The translations under genes were made by a program, and so were the position numbers. The notes beneath the pieces are model-generated. The model worked only from the letters and a program-made list of their open reading frames with translations, did no database searches and was not told the origin of the DNA. Of a stretch of DNA of 32,000 nucleotides, positions 1 to 8,639 are shown piece by piece. The stretch lies in contig OW818675.1 of the NCBI GenBank assembly GCA_942493095.1, positions 1,230,001 to 1,262,000 of the forward strand. The letters are read 5' to 3'. The stretch comes from Candidatus Electronema halotolerans (lineage in GTDB: Bacteria > Desulfobacterota > Desulfobulbia > Desulfobulbales > Desulfobulbaceae). Within the stretch, counting starts at the first letter, position 1. Each line of letters begins with the position of its first letter.

Positions 1-965
1 CGACAGCCGGACCCGGAAAAATCATAGCCAAAATTCCAGCCCCAGAGCGTGGCCGGATGCGGGCCGCTCTGTGCTGCTGCCAGCACTTGTTTCCGCAGCG
101 ATTCCAGCTCGTCTTCAGTCAAGCTGCGCTGCGGCAATTCTGGCCGCAGCCCGAACTGTTCTGCCAAAACCACGATCATGCGCTGATAATAGAGATGGCG
201 CAGGCCCCGCATGTCGGTCAGGCTCAGATCAGCGGTGCAATAGCGGACTGCGTCATGAGCCATGTTGGCCGCGTAATGACCCCAAGGAATATATGAATTG
301 CGGCGCAGGTACTCGAAAACATGCGTTTCCTCTTGGGCAAAGCGACCGACAATCTCGCTGCCGCCCTGCACGCCGGGCCGCAGAACCATGACTTCCTTCC
401 AGCGGCTTGGCAGATGCGGGTTGTTGGCAATGGTTTCAAACAGCTCAAAATCGTCAATGTCGGCCTTGCCGGGCCGCAGATAGCGCAGGCCAATCGGCTC
501 ACCATCGGCATCAAACTCCATCCGGCAGCAGTCTTTGGCCAGCAGCACCAGCTCTGCCGGGTCAGTCGAATTGGCAGCAAGAGCGTATTTGAGCGGCAGG
601 GGCAGGCGGCTGATCATGCTCTGCCGCTCTGTGTCATTCAAATCAAGCGACTGGGCCAGCGAGCAGTCCGGCGGCGGCGCAATCCTGATCATGCTTGGAT
701 CAGCGGCCCGCGCCGCCGCCCAGCCAGAGTCAATATAGGTCGCGCCAAGAAAGGGAAAAGCATTGGGAATTTCGTAAATCCAGCGGCCTGCCTGCTCCTC
801 CACATCGCCGGGCGGAAAATTGGCCTGATTGACAACAGCGGCCTCATTCGGCAGACTGCCAAGGCGGAGGAAAAAATCCTGGTCGCGCAAATTGCGGACA
901 CGATAGCTGGGCCGGTGCAGGCCGACTTTGAATTTGCCCGTTGATGTCACACAGGTTTTCAGCAT
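1..965 (-). CDS. hypothetical protein, 3' end cut by the window edge (about 321 codons visible)
   Basis: The reverse-strand reading from ATG at 965-963 stays open to position 1 (MLKTCVTSTGKFKVGLHRPSYRVRNLRDQDFF...NSYIPWGHYAANMAHDAVRY...GWNFGYDFSGSG). Composition is balanced. It is absent from the ORF track only because it has no in-window stop. No family recognised. Confidence 0.6.
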   Translation of the reverse strand, partial: MLKTCVTSTGKFKVGLHRPSYRVRNLRDQDFFLRLGSLPNEAAVVNQANFPPGDVEEQAGRWIYEIPNAFPFLGATYIDSGWAAARAADPSMIRIAPPPDCSLAQSLDLNDTERQSMISRLPLPLKYALAANSTDPAELVLLAKDCCRMEFDADGEPIGLRYLRPGKADIDDFELFETIANNPHLPSRWKEVMVLRPGVQGGSEIVGRFAQEETHVFEYLRRNSYIPWGHYAANMAHDAVRYCTADLSLTDMRGLRHLYYQRMIVVLAEQFGLRPELPQRSLTEDELESLRKQVLAAAQSGPHPATLWGWNFGYDFSGSGC

Positions 966-981
966 GGCGGTGGTCCGGCAG

Positions 982-1009
982 TTGACGGAAAGGAACAGAT
1001 TGACGGAAA
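982..1009. repeat. direct repeat TTGACGGAAA x2 (982-991 and 1000-1009) in a divergent intergenic region
   Basis: Two exact 10-mers 18 bp apart, between the minus-strand gene start (965) and the cNMP-binding gene (1106). Function unknown. Confidence 0.5.
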
Positions 1010-1105
1010 AACGTTGCGCGCTGGAAAAAATTCAGGTCATAATAGACTATATAATATGATTTTTCACCTCATTTTCAGCTCCGCCGCAGAGCGCGCCGCC
1101 AAGCT

Positions 1106-2221
1106 ATGGGAGTCCCAAGAGTAATTTTTCGGGTCTGCGAGACCCTAAACTGTCCGAAATTTCAGTACGGAGACTCCTTCACTGTGTCCGGCGTGGCCGT
1201 GATGATGCGCAACAACGGCGACAGCTCCTTTGTCACCAGCACGGCTGTTCATGCCAATCAGAACCGCGACAACTGTGAAATCCTCTACGGCGATTTAGTC
1301 CGCCTGATCATCAAATACGAGCGAGCCGACCAAATCCCGGACTGCCTGATTTCATGCACCGGCTGCACCGGCTCGCTCCGCATTGAACATTACCGATATC
1401 CCAAGAAAAAGCAGGAACAGGAGGAGCTGGGAAAAACTAACAAGGAAGTGGCTGTTCTTGTTGAAAGTCTGGCAAGATTTCCTTTTTTTCAAATCATCAG
1501 CACCGACAGCCTGCATGAAGTGCTGCGCAATGCCAAGGTTGAGGATTTTAAAAAAGATGACATCGTCATCCGTCAGGGTGCTCTTGGCACAAAACTCTAT
1601 ATTCTCGCCAAAGGCAAGGTCAATATTCTCAATGACACCGGCATCTCTATCTCCACTTTAGCAGAAGGCGAGGTTTTTGGCGAGATGAGCCTGATCTGCG
1701 ACGAGAATATCGGGGCTACGGTGCAGGCGGCCAGCGATGCGAAAATCGTCAGCATTGACTACCGGGATTTTCAATTCATTCTGGATCGCTATCCGGCCAT
1801 GCTCCGCTATTTCATCCGGCTGATGGCCCAGCGCCTGAGCCGGTCCAATAAAATCCGCTTTGATGACTACGCCTCCGGCATGATCGGCAGACTTGAGGAA
1901 ATTCCGCCTGAAGCCCTGTTTCAAACTCTGCATGCCAATGCCAAAACCGGCATTCTCACCATAACCGAAGTGCCCAAAGGCACAGGACGTTTTTCGCTGC
2001 GCCAAGGCGGGCTGATCAAAGCCTCCTATGACGGCCAGAAAGGCACGGAGGCTTTTTTCAGAATCCTCCGGGAGAAAAAAGGGCGGTTCAAATTCAATCC
2101 TGGCCTGCCGCCTGCGGATTTTGACGCGCCGGAACTGGGCTATTTCATGAAACTGCTCATGGAAGGGCTTCAGCGGCTCGATGAAGGAAAAGCCGCCAGT
2201 GCCGCAGCAAAATCAAGCTGA
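1106..2221 (+). CDS. cyclic-nucleotide-binding domain protein with a Cys-rich N-terminal region and a C-terminal DUF4388 (PatA-like) domain
   Basis: The cNMP-binding signature is FPFFQIISTDSLHEVL...IVIRQGALGTKLYILAKGKVNIL...GEVFGEMSLI. The C-terminus GRLEEIPPEALFQTLHANAKTGILTI...GTEAFFRILREKKGRFKF matches the DUF4388 pattern. No HTH seen. Confidence 0.8.
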   Translation: MGVPRVIFRVCETLNCPKFQYGDSFTVSGVAVMMRNNGDSSFVTSTAVHANQNRDNCEILYGDLVRLIIKYERADQIPDCLISCTGCTGSLRIEHYRYPKKKQEQEELGKTNKEVAVLVESLARFPFFQIISTDSLHEVLRNAKVEDFKKDDIVIRQGALGTKLYILAKGKVNILNDTGISISTLAEGEVFGEMSLICDENIGATVQAASDAKIVSIDYRDFQFILDRYPAMLRYFIRLMAQRLSRSNKIRFDDYASGMIGRLEEIPPEALFQTLHANAKTGILTITEVPKGTGRFSLRQGGLIKASYDGQKGTEAFFRILREKKGRFKFNPGLPPADFDAPELGYFMKLLMEGLQRLDEGKAASAAAKSS

Positions 2222-2303
2222 ACGTTCCCCTCTTCCGCCGCATCCCCTGCGCAATCTCCAATCCCAGCGAATTCCTTTTTGAAATTTTCCTCCTGCCCTG
2301 CCC

Positions 2304-2333
2304 TTGACACAGGCAATCTCGATATGCTATCCT
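2304..2333 (+). promoter_or_regulatory. candidate sigma70-type promoter (TTGACA-18-TATCCT)
   Basis: TTGACA at 2304-2309 and TATCCT at 2328-2333, about 95 nt upstream of the 2428 start. Confidence 0.35.
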
Positions 2334-2427
2334 TATATTAATGAAGGAACGGTTCCAAGCCACAGGAGAGGATCGGAACCTGCAACCTTAAAAAGCAGCA
2401 TGATATGATAAAAGGGAGGAGAGTGCA

Positions 2428-2772
2428 ATGGAGACTATCAAGAGAGCAGCCCGCAGGATTGCGTTTGGAATTGCAGCATTTACTTCTGTAATGACCGCCA
2501 GTTCAGCTTCAGCTTTTACAGTTGACCCTGAAATCATGAATATGATTAACGGCATAATCGTCAATATGCAGCAGCAGACTATGAATGAATTGTATCCGCA
2601 GGCTCCGCTGCAGAATCAAATGCGGGGCAAAATGATGCAGGAATTCTCTTCCAAGCTGATCCTGATGAATAAGATTCAGCCTGTGATGATGAATCAGGTT
2701 GTCAACAGCACCAAAATGACACTGATGGAGAGCGTGGTTGACAGGCCCATCCCGCTGCCAGGCAATCCCTGA
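2428..2772 (+). CDS. small secreted Met/Gln/Asn-rich protein (paralog 1)
   Basis: RBS GGGAGGAG lies 6 nt upstream. Signal peptide is METIKRAARRIAFGIAAFTSVMTASSASA. By my count the mature part has 12 Met in 85 residues and no Cys, His or Trp. Homologous to the 3138 gene. Confidence 0.75.
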   Translation: METIKRAARRIAFGIAAFTSVMTASSASAFTVDPEIMNMINGIIVNMQQQTMNELYPQAPLQNQMRGKMMQEFSSKLILMNKIQPVMMNQVVNSTKMTLMESVVDRPIPLPGNP

Positions 2773-2804
2773 ACCTTAGAAGAAGAGATGAGACAGTGCA
2801 AACT

Positions 2805-2836
2805 GGAGGAGCTTCCCGGCTTCTCCTGTTTTTTTG
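2805..2836 (+). terminator. rho-independent terminator
   Basis: Stem GGAGGAGC / GCTTCTCC (one mismatch), loop TTCCCG, followed by TGTTTTTTTG. Confidence 0.7.
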
Positions 2837-2856
2837 TCTGCGGCCTGCCGGGCGCC

Positions 2857-2886
2857 TTGACTTCCTAAGAACCTGTGTGCTATTGT
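2857..2886 (+). promoter_or_regulatory. candidate sigma70-type promoter (TTGACT-18-TATTGT) with a long leader
   Basis: TTGACT at 2857-2862 and TATTGT at 2881-2886. It would give a leader of roughly 240 nt before the 3138 start. Confidence 0.3.
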
Positions 2887-3137
2887 ATTTTATACACAGA
2901 TAAAACGCCCGCAGTTATGAAATATGAGCAGTTGATGTTATTTCAAGCGGCAAGCCAGGTTGTCTTGAATAGTATTTTTCAATGATTGCAGTTTTGTCTG
3001 CGCAGTCTTTCTATGGGCGATGCAGGCCGGATTCGCAGCAGCTGCGGAAGGAAATGACAATTCCGATTTTCAATCAAAAAGATGCTTTTTCAATGCGTGG
3101 CAGAGATGCTATTGCGGAAAAGGAGGAGCGAACAAGG

Positions 3138-3605
3138 ATGAAAACGCTGAAGAGAATGACAGCCAAGCTCATGCTGGGCACTGCGGCTGCTGCTTTGATG
3201 CTGATGGCCGTTCCGGTGCAGGCATTGGAATTTGACCCGAACACCCTGAAGACCATCGATGAGATGATCATGAAAATGCAGCAGGAGACCATGCAGCAGC
3301 AGTATGAAGCCATGCCGCTCCGCCGGGAGCTGCCGGGCAAGATGATGAACAACATGTCCAACTACGCTTCCAATGCCTACCGGCAGAACATTCAGCCGCA
3401 GATGGTCCAGTCGATTATCGGCACCATGCGGCCTTGGGAATTTCCTGCCAAGTTCAGACAGGCCATGATGCCGTCAGTTGTCGGGCAGATGAGCGGGCAG
3501 ATCAAGCAGATTCAGCTCCAATACATGCAGCAGGGCATTGCTGATCCATCTTTTCCCAATGTGATTCCTCGTTCGTCCGCACAGCAGGACCAGCAACAGC
3601 AATAG
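3138..3605 (+). CDS. small secreted Met/Gln-rich protein (paralog 2)
   Basis: I chose the internal ATG at 3138, which follows AGGAGG at 3121-3126 and opens a canonical signal peptide (MKTLKRMTAKLMLGTAAAALMLMAVPVQA). LEFDPNTLKTIDEMIMKMQQETMQQQYEAMPL aligns with FTVDPEIMNMINGIIVNMQQQTMNELYPQAPL of paralog 1. 14 Met in 126 mature residues. Poly-Q C-terminus. Confidence 0.75.
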   Translation: MKTLKRMTAKLMLGTAAAALMLMAVPVQALEFDPNTLKTIDEMIMKMQQETMQQQYEAMPLRRELPGKMMNNMSNYASNAYRQNIQPQMVQSIIGTMRPWEFPAKFRQAMMPSVVGQMSGQIKQIQLQYMQQGIADPSFPNVIPRSSAQQDQQQQ

Positions 3606-3627
3606 TCAGAGCATTTGCTCCTGAATG

Positions 3628-3670
3628 CAGACAACCCTGCCGCATCTACGGCTGGGTTGTCTGTTTTTTT
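3628..3670. terminator. bidirectional hairpin terminator between convergent genes
   Basis: CAGACAACCC (3628-3637) pairs with GGGTTGTCTG (3654-3663), followed by T7. It overlaps the last codons of cinA on the other strand. Confidence 0.7.
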
Positions 3671-4884
3671 GTCAGTTCCTGCCGCACGGCATTTAACGCC
3701 GCCGCCGCTGTCATTTCTTGAATTTCATTTCTGCTGCCGTGAAAATGATGCAGGACCGAGCTGACCTTGTTCCTGCAAAACAGGCCGACATGGACTGTGC
3801 CGACCGGCTTTTCCTCACTGCCGCCGCTTGGTCCGGCAATGCCGGTGACAGCCACCGTGATCTCCGCCCCTGACTGCTTGGCCATGCCGACAGCCATTGC
3901 CTCAGCGACCGGGCCGCTGACTGCCCCGTGGCTGCGCAGCAGCTCCGCATCCACCTTGAGCAGCACTTCTTTCAGATGATTGGAATAGGCGGTCACGCCG
4001 CCGACAAACCATTGTGAGCTGCCCGGCACTGCCGTGATTTTGGTGCTGATCAGGCCGCCAGTGCAGGACTCGGCTGCCGCCAGCATCAATTTGCGCTCCC
4101 GCAGCAATTTGCCCACTGCTTCGGCCAAGGTTTCCTGATCAATGCCGTACATCCAGCCGCCCAAAGCGGTGCGGATGCGTTGATCCGCCTCGCTGAACAC
4201 CGTGTCCGCCTCTGGCCCGGCCACGTTCAAGCTGACATGCACCTCGCCGCCGACCGGATAATAGCCAATGGCCGCCCTGCCCTCCTGCTCCAGCTCTGCC
4301 AGCCGCTGGTTGATCTCGCACTCAGACAGGCCGACCGTGCGATAGAGCCGCATCCGTATTGCTCTGCTGCTGCCGGGCTTGGCCGCCAAACGGGGCAGCA
4401 CGGTCTCAGTCAGCAGTTTGGCCGCCTGCCCCGGCACCCCAGGCAGAAAAAAGACCGGCACCGCATCATGCACCAAAACATGGCCTGACATTCGGGCTTC
4501 AGTATTGAGCACCTCAGCCCCTTCCGGCAGCCAGGCCAGCTTTTCCAAGGATTGATGCTGACAGGCCTCGCCCCAAGGCTGGGCGCGGATGCGGGCCAGC
4601 AGCTCCTGATTAAGGGTCGCTGGCCGATGCAGGGCCGCAGAGACCGCCTCGTTGGTCAGGTCATCTGTGGTCGGCCCCAGCCCGCCAGTGACAATGACAA
4701 AATCCGCTTCCTGAATTGCCTGTTTGAGCACCTCGCCGATCAGCTTGGCACTGTCGCCGACTGTGTGCATGGCCGTCACCTGATGCCCGGCCAGAAACAG
4801 TTCGCGGGCCGCCAAGGTGCTGGTGCTGTTGACAATTCGCCCGCAGGTCAGCTCGTCGCCAATGGCGATGATTTCTCCGATCAT
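3646..4884 (-). CDS. cinA: CinA-family competence/damage-inducible protein (MoCF-like domain plus PncC-type nicotinamide-nucleotide amidohydrolase domain)
   Basis: The N-terminus MIGEIIAIGDELTCGRIVNSTS...VIVTGGLGPTTDDLT is classic CinA. The C-terminal half AESCTGGLI...VTGIAGPSGG is the CinA/PncC domain. Confidence 0.9.
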   Translation of the reverse strand: MIGEIIAIGDELTCGRIVNSTSTLAARELFLAGHQVTAMHTVGDSAKLIGEVLKQAIQEADFVIVTGGLGPTTDDLTNEAVSAALHRPATLNQELLARIRAQPWGEACQHQSLEKLAWLPEGAEVLNTEARMSGHVLVHDAVPVFFLPGVPGQAAKLLTETVLPRLAAKPGSSRAIRMRLYRTVGLSECEINQRLAELEQEGRAAIGYYPVGGEVHVSLNVAGPEADTVFSEADQRIRTALGGWMYGIDQETLAEAVGKLLRERKLMLAAAESCTGGLISTKITAVPGSSQWFVGGVTAYSNHLKEVLLKVDAELLRSHGAVSGPVAEAMAVGMAKQSGAEITVAVTGIAGPSGGSEEKPVGTVHVGLFCRNKVSSVLHHFHGSRNEIQEMTAAAALNAVRQELTKKQTTQP

Positions 4885-5030
4885 TGCTGCTGTCCTGAAA
4901 AAAAGTCTTTTTTGTTCCGCTTAGTTTACTCTATTATAGCGGATAATTTGAAGCAAATTTTCAGGATCATGTATTCGCAATTCATGCCCCCAAGCCCGGC
5001 TGTCAGTTATGCGGCGGTCGGAGAAAATTG

Positions 5031-5059
5031 TTGACAGAAAAACAATTTCGTCTTATGCT
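5031..5059 (+). promoter_or_regulatory. candidate sigma70-type promoter (TTGACA-17-TATGCT) upstream of hypA
   Basis: TTGACA at 5031-5036, a 17-nt spacer, TATGCT at 5054-5059. A second element, TGgTATAAT at 5131-5139, sits 8 nt before the hypA ATG. Confidence 0.4.
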
Positions 5060-5146
5060 GGACGGAAAATGATGGCTCATGCAGTTATTCCAAACAGTTG
5101 CCTGTTTACGCGGATATGCTGGGCCAAGTCTGGTATAATCGCATCC

Positions 5147-5515
5147 ATGCACGAATTCAGCATTTGCCATGCCTTGGTTGAGAAGGTGCTCGAAGAGGCG
5201 GCCCGGCTTGAGCCGCCCGCGCTCCGGGTCTGCAAGACCGGTGTGGCCTGCGGCAGCCTGCGGCAAATCGTGCCGGAATACCTTCAGACTGCCTACACTG
5301 CCCTGACCAAGGGCACCATTGCCGAGGACTCGCTGCTGGAGATTCGGGAAATCCCGGCGGCAGGCCGCTGCGGCTGCTGCGGCTGGCAGGGCGAGCTGCC
5401 GAACAATGTCTTTGCCTGTCCAGCCTGCGCCGCGCCAATCGCGGATATGTGTGCCGGGCAGGAATTATATCTGGAAAACATAGAGCTGGAGCAGGATGAC
5501 GAGACGGGAAATTAA
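5147..5515 (+). CDS. hypA: hydrogenase nickel-insertion protein HypA
   Basis: I chose the internal start MHEFSICHALVEKVLE, the typical HypA N-terminus. Zinc site is CGCCGWQG...ACPAC. Typical length (122 aa). Confidence 0.9.
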   Translation: MHEFSICHALVEKVLEEAARLEPPALRVCKTGVACGSLRQIVPEYLQTAYTALTKGTIAEDSLLEIREIPAAGRCGCCGWQGELPNNVFACPACAAPIADMCAGQELYLENIELEQDDETGN

Positions 5516-6149
5516 GGTCTATCAGGAGCTGATGGGCGACAATGCGCACTGGGCGCAGCAGACGCGGGACTTGCTGGCCAAACAGCAGCTGGCCATGATC
5601 AACCTGATCGGCTCGCCCGGCTGCGGCAAGACCGCCCTGCTGGAGCGGCTGGCCGAGCAGCCCGATCTCCGCTTTGCCGTCTTGGAAGGAGACATTGAGA
5701 CCACCAACGATGCCGAGCGGCTGGCCCGGAAAAACGTGCTGGCCAGCCAGCTCCTGACCAAGGGCAGCTGCCACTTGGAGGCCAAGCTGGTCCATCATGC
5801 CCTCCGCGACCTGCCCTTGGCCGAGCTGGATTTGGTGGTGGTGGAGAATGTCGGCAATCTGGTCTGCCCGGCTGAGTTTGACATTGGCGAGCAGGCCAAA
5901 ATCGCTGTCCTCAGCGTGACCGAAGGCGAGGACAAGCCGCTCAAATACCCGCTCCTCTTTCGCGAGGCCAAGGCTGTCATCCTCTCCAAAATAGACCTGC
6001 TGCCCCACCTGCGTTTTGATCTTGAGGCGTGCATTGCCAATGTCCGCACGATCAACGGTGCTGTGCCCTTGTTTCATCTCTCCTCCGCCTCCGGGGCAGG
6101 CATGGACGATTTTACCGCCTGGCTGGGCAAGGAAATTCTGCATGGTTAA
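5496..6149 (+). CDS. hypB: hydrogenase maturation GTPase HypB
   Basis: P-loop GSPGCGKTALLERL, then CHLEA, ENVGNLVCPA and SKIDLL motifs. Overlaps hypA by 20 nt. Confidence 0.92.
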   Translation: MTRREIKVYQELMGDNAHWAQQTRDLLAKQQLAMINLIGSPGCGKTALLERLAEQPDLRFAVLEGDIETTNDAERLARKNVLASQLLTKGSCHLEAKLVHHALRDLPLAELDLVVVENVGNLVCPAEFDIGEQAKIAVLSVTEGEDKPLKYPLLFREAKAVILSKIDLLPHLRFDLEACIANVRTINGAVPLFHLSSASGAGMDDFTAWLGKEILHG

Positions 6150-8484
6150 GCGAGTCAGAGCCATAATCAGCGGGCGGGTGCAGGGAGTCGGCTTCCGCCC
6201 GGCTGTGCACCGTCATGCCTGCCAAGCTGGCTTGGTCGGTTTTGTCGCCAACACTGCTCGCGGGGTGCTGACCGAAGTGCAGGGCAGCGCGGAGCAGATT
6301 GAGGGTTTTCTTCGCATACTGAAAGAAAATCCGCCGCCGCAGGCCCGGATTGAGGCGGTGGAGCTGACCGAGCTGCCGCCAAACCGGGAAAGCGGCTTTC
6401 AGATTCTGCCCAGCAGGCTGGCAGACAGCACGGTGCTCAGTCCGCCGCCTGACCTGTCCACCTGCGCCCAATGCGGGCGGGAAATCTTTACCCAGGACAA
6501 CCGCCGCTGGCATTATCCCTTCACCAACTGCACCGACTGCGGCCCTCGCTTCACGATCATTGAGGCCCTGCCTTATGACCGCGAGCGCACGGCCATGAAA
6601 GCCTTTGCCATGTGTCAAGAATGCCTTGCCGAATATCGCTCCCCGGCCCGCCGCCGCTTTGAGGCCCAGCCCAATGCCTGCCCGGACTGCGGCCCGCAGC
6701 TCCTGCTCTTGAACAGCCAGGGACAGGCTGTGGAAGGCGACCCTCTCAGCCAAGCGGCCAGCCTGCTCCAAGCCGGAGCAATTGTCGCGGTCAAAGGGCT
6801 GGGCGGCTATCATTTAGCCTGCTCCGCTGCTGACCTCACTGCCATCCGGCGGCTGCGCACGGCCAAGCAACGTCCGGCCAAGCCGTTGGCAGTCATGTTC
6901 GCCTCATTTGCCCAACTTGAACGCTTCTGCACGGTCGGGAAAGCCGAACGAGCTGCGCTGGCCTCCTGCGCCGGGCCGGTTGTGGTCTGCAAACGAAGTC
7001 TTGGCTGCGCCCTACCGCCAGAGATCGCCCCGGACAGCGAGGACATTGGCGCGCTGCTTCCCTACACAGCTCTGCATCATCTGCTGCTCTGTGAAAGCGG
7101 GCCGTTAGTGCTGACCAGCGGCAACTGCGGCGGTCAGCCTTTGGCCAAGGATGAACACGAGCTGGCTGAAATCTTTCCGGCCATCGCCTCCCATGCCCTG
7201 ACCCATGACCGGGCCATTGTCCGCCGCTGCGATGATTCGGTGCTCCGCTTTGCTGACCAGCAGCAGATCGTCATCCGCCGGGCACGCGGCTATGTGCCCG
7301 ACCCGATCCAGCTTCCCTTCACCGGCCCGCCGGTGCTGGCCTGCGGCAGCGACCAAAAGAACACCTTCTGCCTCACACGCGGCAGCCAAGCCTTTCTTTC
7401 CCAGCATATCGGCGATCTGAAAGAATTCCAAACCTTTCAGTTCTTCTCCGAGGCGGTTGCTGATTTCAAGACCCTCTTGGCAATAGAGCCGGAACTGGCC
7501 GCCTGCGACCTCCATCCTGATTACCGCAGCACCCGCTTTGCTTTTGCCCTGAAAGACATTTGTCACAGTCCAGTCCGAGTTCAGCATCATCATGCCCATA
7601 TCGCCTCCTGCATGGCCGAGAACAGACTGAGCGGCCCGGTGATTGGCGTGGCCTTTGACGGCAGCGGCGCAGGCTTGGACGGCACAGTCTGGGGCGGCGA
7701 GTTTCTTATTGCTGATTACTGCGGCTTTGAGCGGGCCGCGCATTTGAAACCCTATCCCATGCCGGGCGGCAGCCGGGTGGTGCTGGAGCCGCAGCGCATG
7801 GCTCTGAGCTGTCTGGCGGCTGAATTCCCTGCTTCTTGGCCCGCATTGGCCAAAACCTTGCTGCCCGGCGTGACTGTCGAGGATTGCCGCTGCTTGGTCT
7901 CGCTGTCTCACAGCCGGATTCATGCGCCGCTGACCTCAAGCTGCGGACGGCTCTTTGACGCGGTCGCCGCATTGATGGGCATCTGCGCCACCTGTTCTTA
8001 TGAAGGGCAGGCCGCAGTCCGGCTGGAGGGACTGACCAAGCCTGACCTGCATGAGCGTTATTCCTTTGCGCTGGAACTGGACAAGCAGCCCATGCAGCTC
8101 TCCTTTGCCCCGGCCTTTGCCGAGCTGGTCGCTGATCTGCAAAAAAAGACGGAACAGGCAGTGATTGCCACCCGCTTCCACAACGCCATCAGCGCGGCCA
8201 TTGTTGCGGTCTGTGAGGAACTGCGTCAGCAGCAGGGTCTGAATACGGTTGCCCTGTCCGGCGGGGTCTTTCAAAATGCCTTTCTGCTCAAGCGTGTCTG
8301 CGCCGGGCTGCGGGAGAAAGAGTTTGCCGTCTTCTGTCATCAGGCGGTGCCGCCCAATGACGGCGGCCTGTCGCTGGGACAGGCGGCGGTTGCCCTTGCG
8401 CAACATGCGGAGCGGGAAAGCAGCCCCCATCTTGCCGAGCTGGGCGGAACTGAGCCGGAGTTGCAGGATATTCCTCGGCGGTAA
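6142..8484 (+). CDS. hypF: carbamoyltransferase HypF
   Basis: The start MVKRVRAIISGRVQGVGFRP (acylphosphatase domain) overlaps the hypB stop (ATGGTTAA). Two zinc-finger pairs are present (CAQCGREI...CTDCGPRF; CQECLAEY...CPDCGPQL), followed by YrdC-like and Kae1-like regions. The ORF-track start 6016 is an upstream TTG inside hypB. Confidence 0.92.
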   Translation: MVKRVRAIISGRVQGVGFRPAVHRHACQAGLVGFVANTARGVLTEVQGSAEQIEGFLRILKENPPPQARIEAVELTELPPNRESGFQILPSRLADSTVLSPPPDLSTCAQCGREIFTQDNRRWHYPFTNCTDCGPRFTIIEALPYDRERTAMKAFAMCQECLAEYRSPARRRFEAQPNACPDCGPQLLLLNSQGQAVEGDPLSQAASLLQAGAIVAVKGLGGYHLACSAADLTAIRRLRTAKQRPAKPLAVMFASFAQLERFCTVGKAERAALASCAGPVVVCKRSLGCALPPEIAPDSEDIGALLPYTALHHLLLCESGPLVLTSGNCGGQPLAKDEHELAEIFPAIASHALTHDRAIVRRCDDSVLRFADQQQIVIRRARGYVPDPIQLPFTGPPVLACGSDQKNTFCLTRGSQAFLSQHIGDLKEFQTFQFFSEAVADFKTLLAIEPELAACDLHPDYRSTRFAFALKDICHSPVRVQHHHAHIASCMAENRLSGPVIGVAFDGSGAGLDGTVWGGEFLIADYCGFERAAHLKPYPMPGGSRVVLEPQRMALSCLAAEFPASWPALAKTLLPGVTVEDCRCLVSLSHSRIHAPLTSSCGRLFDAVAALMGICATCSYEGQAAVRLEGLTKPDLHERYSFALELDKQPMQLSFAPAFAELVADLQKKTEQAVIATRFHNAISAAIVAVCEELRQQQGLNTVALSGGVFQNAFLLKRVCAGLREKEFAVFCHQAVPPNDGGLSLGQAAVALAQHAERESSPHLAELGGTEPELQDIPRR

Positions 8485-8490
8485 ACTGGC

Positions 8491-8516
8491 AGGGTGCATT
8501 CCATGCACCCTTTTCT
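8491..8516 (+). terminator. hairpin terminator after hypF
   Basis: AGGGTGCAT (8491-8499) pairs with ATGCACCCT (8503-8511), followed by TTTCT. Confidence 0.6.
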
Positions 8517-8528
8517 GGTGCTGCACGA

Positions 8529-8639
8529 CTGAGTCTTAATCATGAAGTTGCCGCGTTCTTCAGAAACTGCGGCAAAGGCTGGCAAGACAAGCTGAACGAC
8601 ATTCTTCAGCGGTATGTGGATTCACAGAGGATGGCATAA
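8529..8639 (+). pseudogene. 3' remnant of a BrnA-antitoxin (DUF4415) family gene
   Basis: This frame reads LSLNHEVAAFFRNCGKGWQDKLNDILQRYVDSQRMA*, matching the family C-terminal pattern (LD.DV..FK..GKGYQTRIN..LR.YV). There is no start codon or N-terminal part, and no partner toxin. Confidence 0.45.

Noticed and set aside
321-944. 207-aa plus-strand ORF, along with smaller ORFs in 57-901
   Set aside because: It is antisense to a much longer open minus-strand frame (965 to the window edge). Its Arg/Ala/Gly-rich composition is typical of shadow ORFs in GC-rich DNA.
2982-3137. 52-aa N-terminal extension of the second Met/Gln-rich ORF
   Set aside because: The extension precedes a canonical signal peptide, which must be N-terminal. 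The strong AGGAGG serves the ATG at 3138.
6016-6141. Upstream TTG start for hypF given in the ORF track
   Set aside because: That extension lies inside hypB and has an implausible sequence. The acylphosphatase domain begins at the ATG at 6142, which overlaps the hypB stop.
5157-6164. 335-aa minus-strand ORF
   Set aside because: It is antisense to the clearly identifiable hypA/hypB genes. The sequence is Arg/Pro/Gly/Ala-rich junk with no RBS.
6112-7923. 233-aa and 272-aa minus-strand ORFs
   Set aside because: They are shadow ORFs antisense to hypF.
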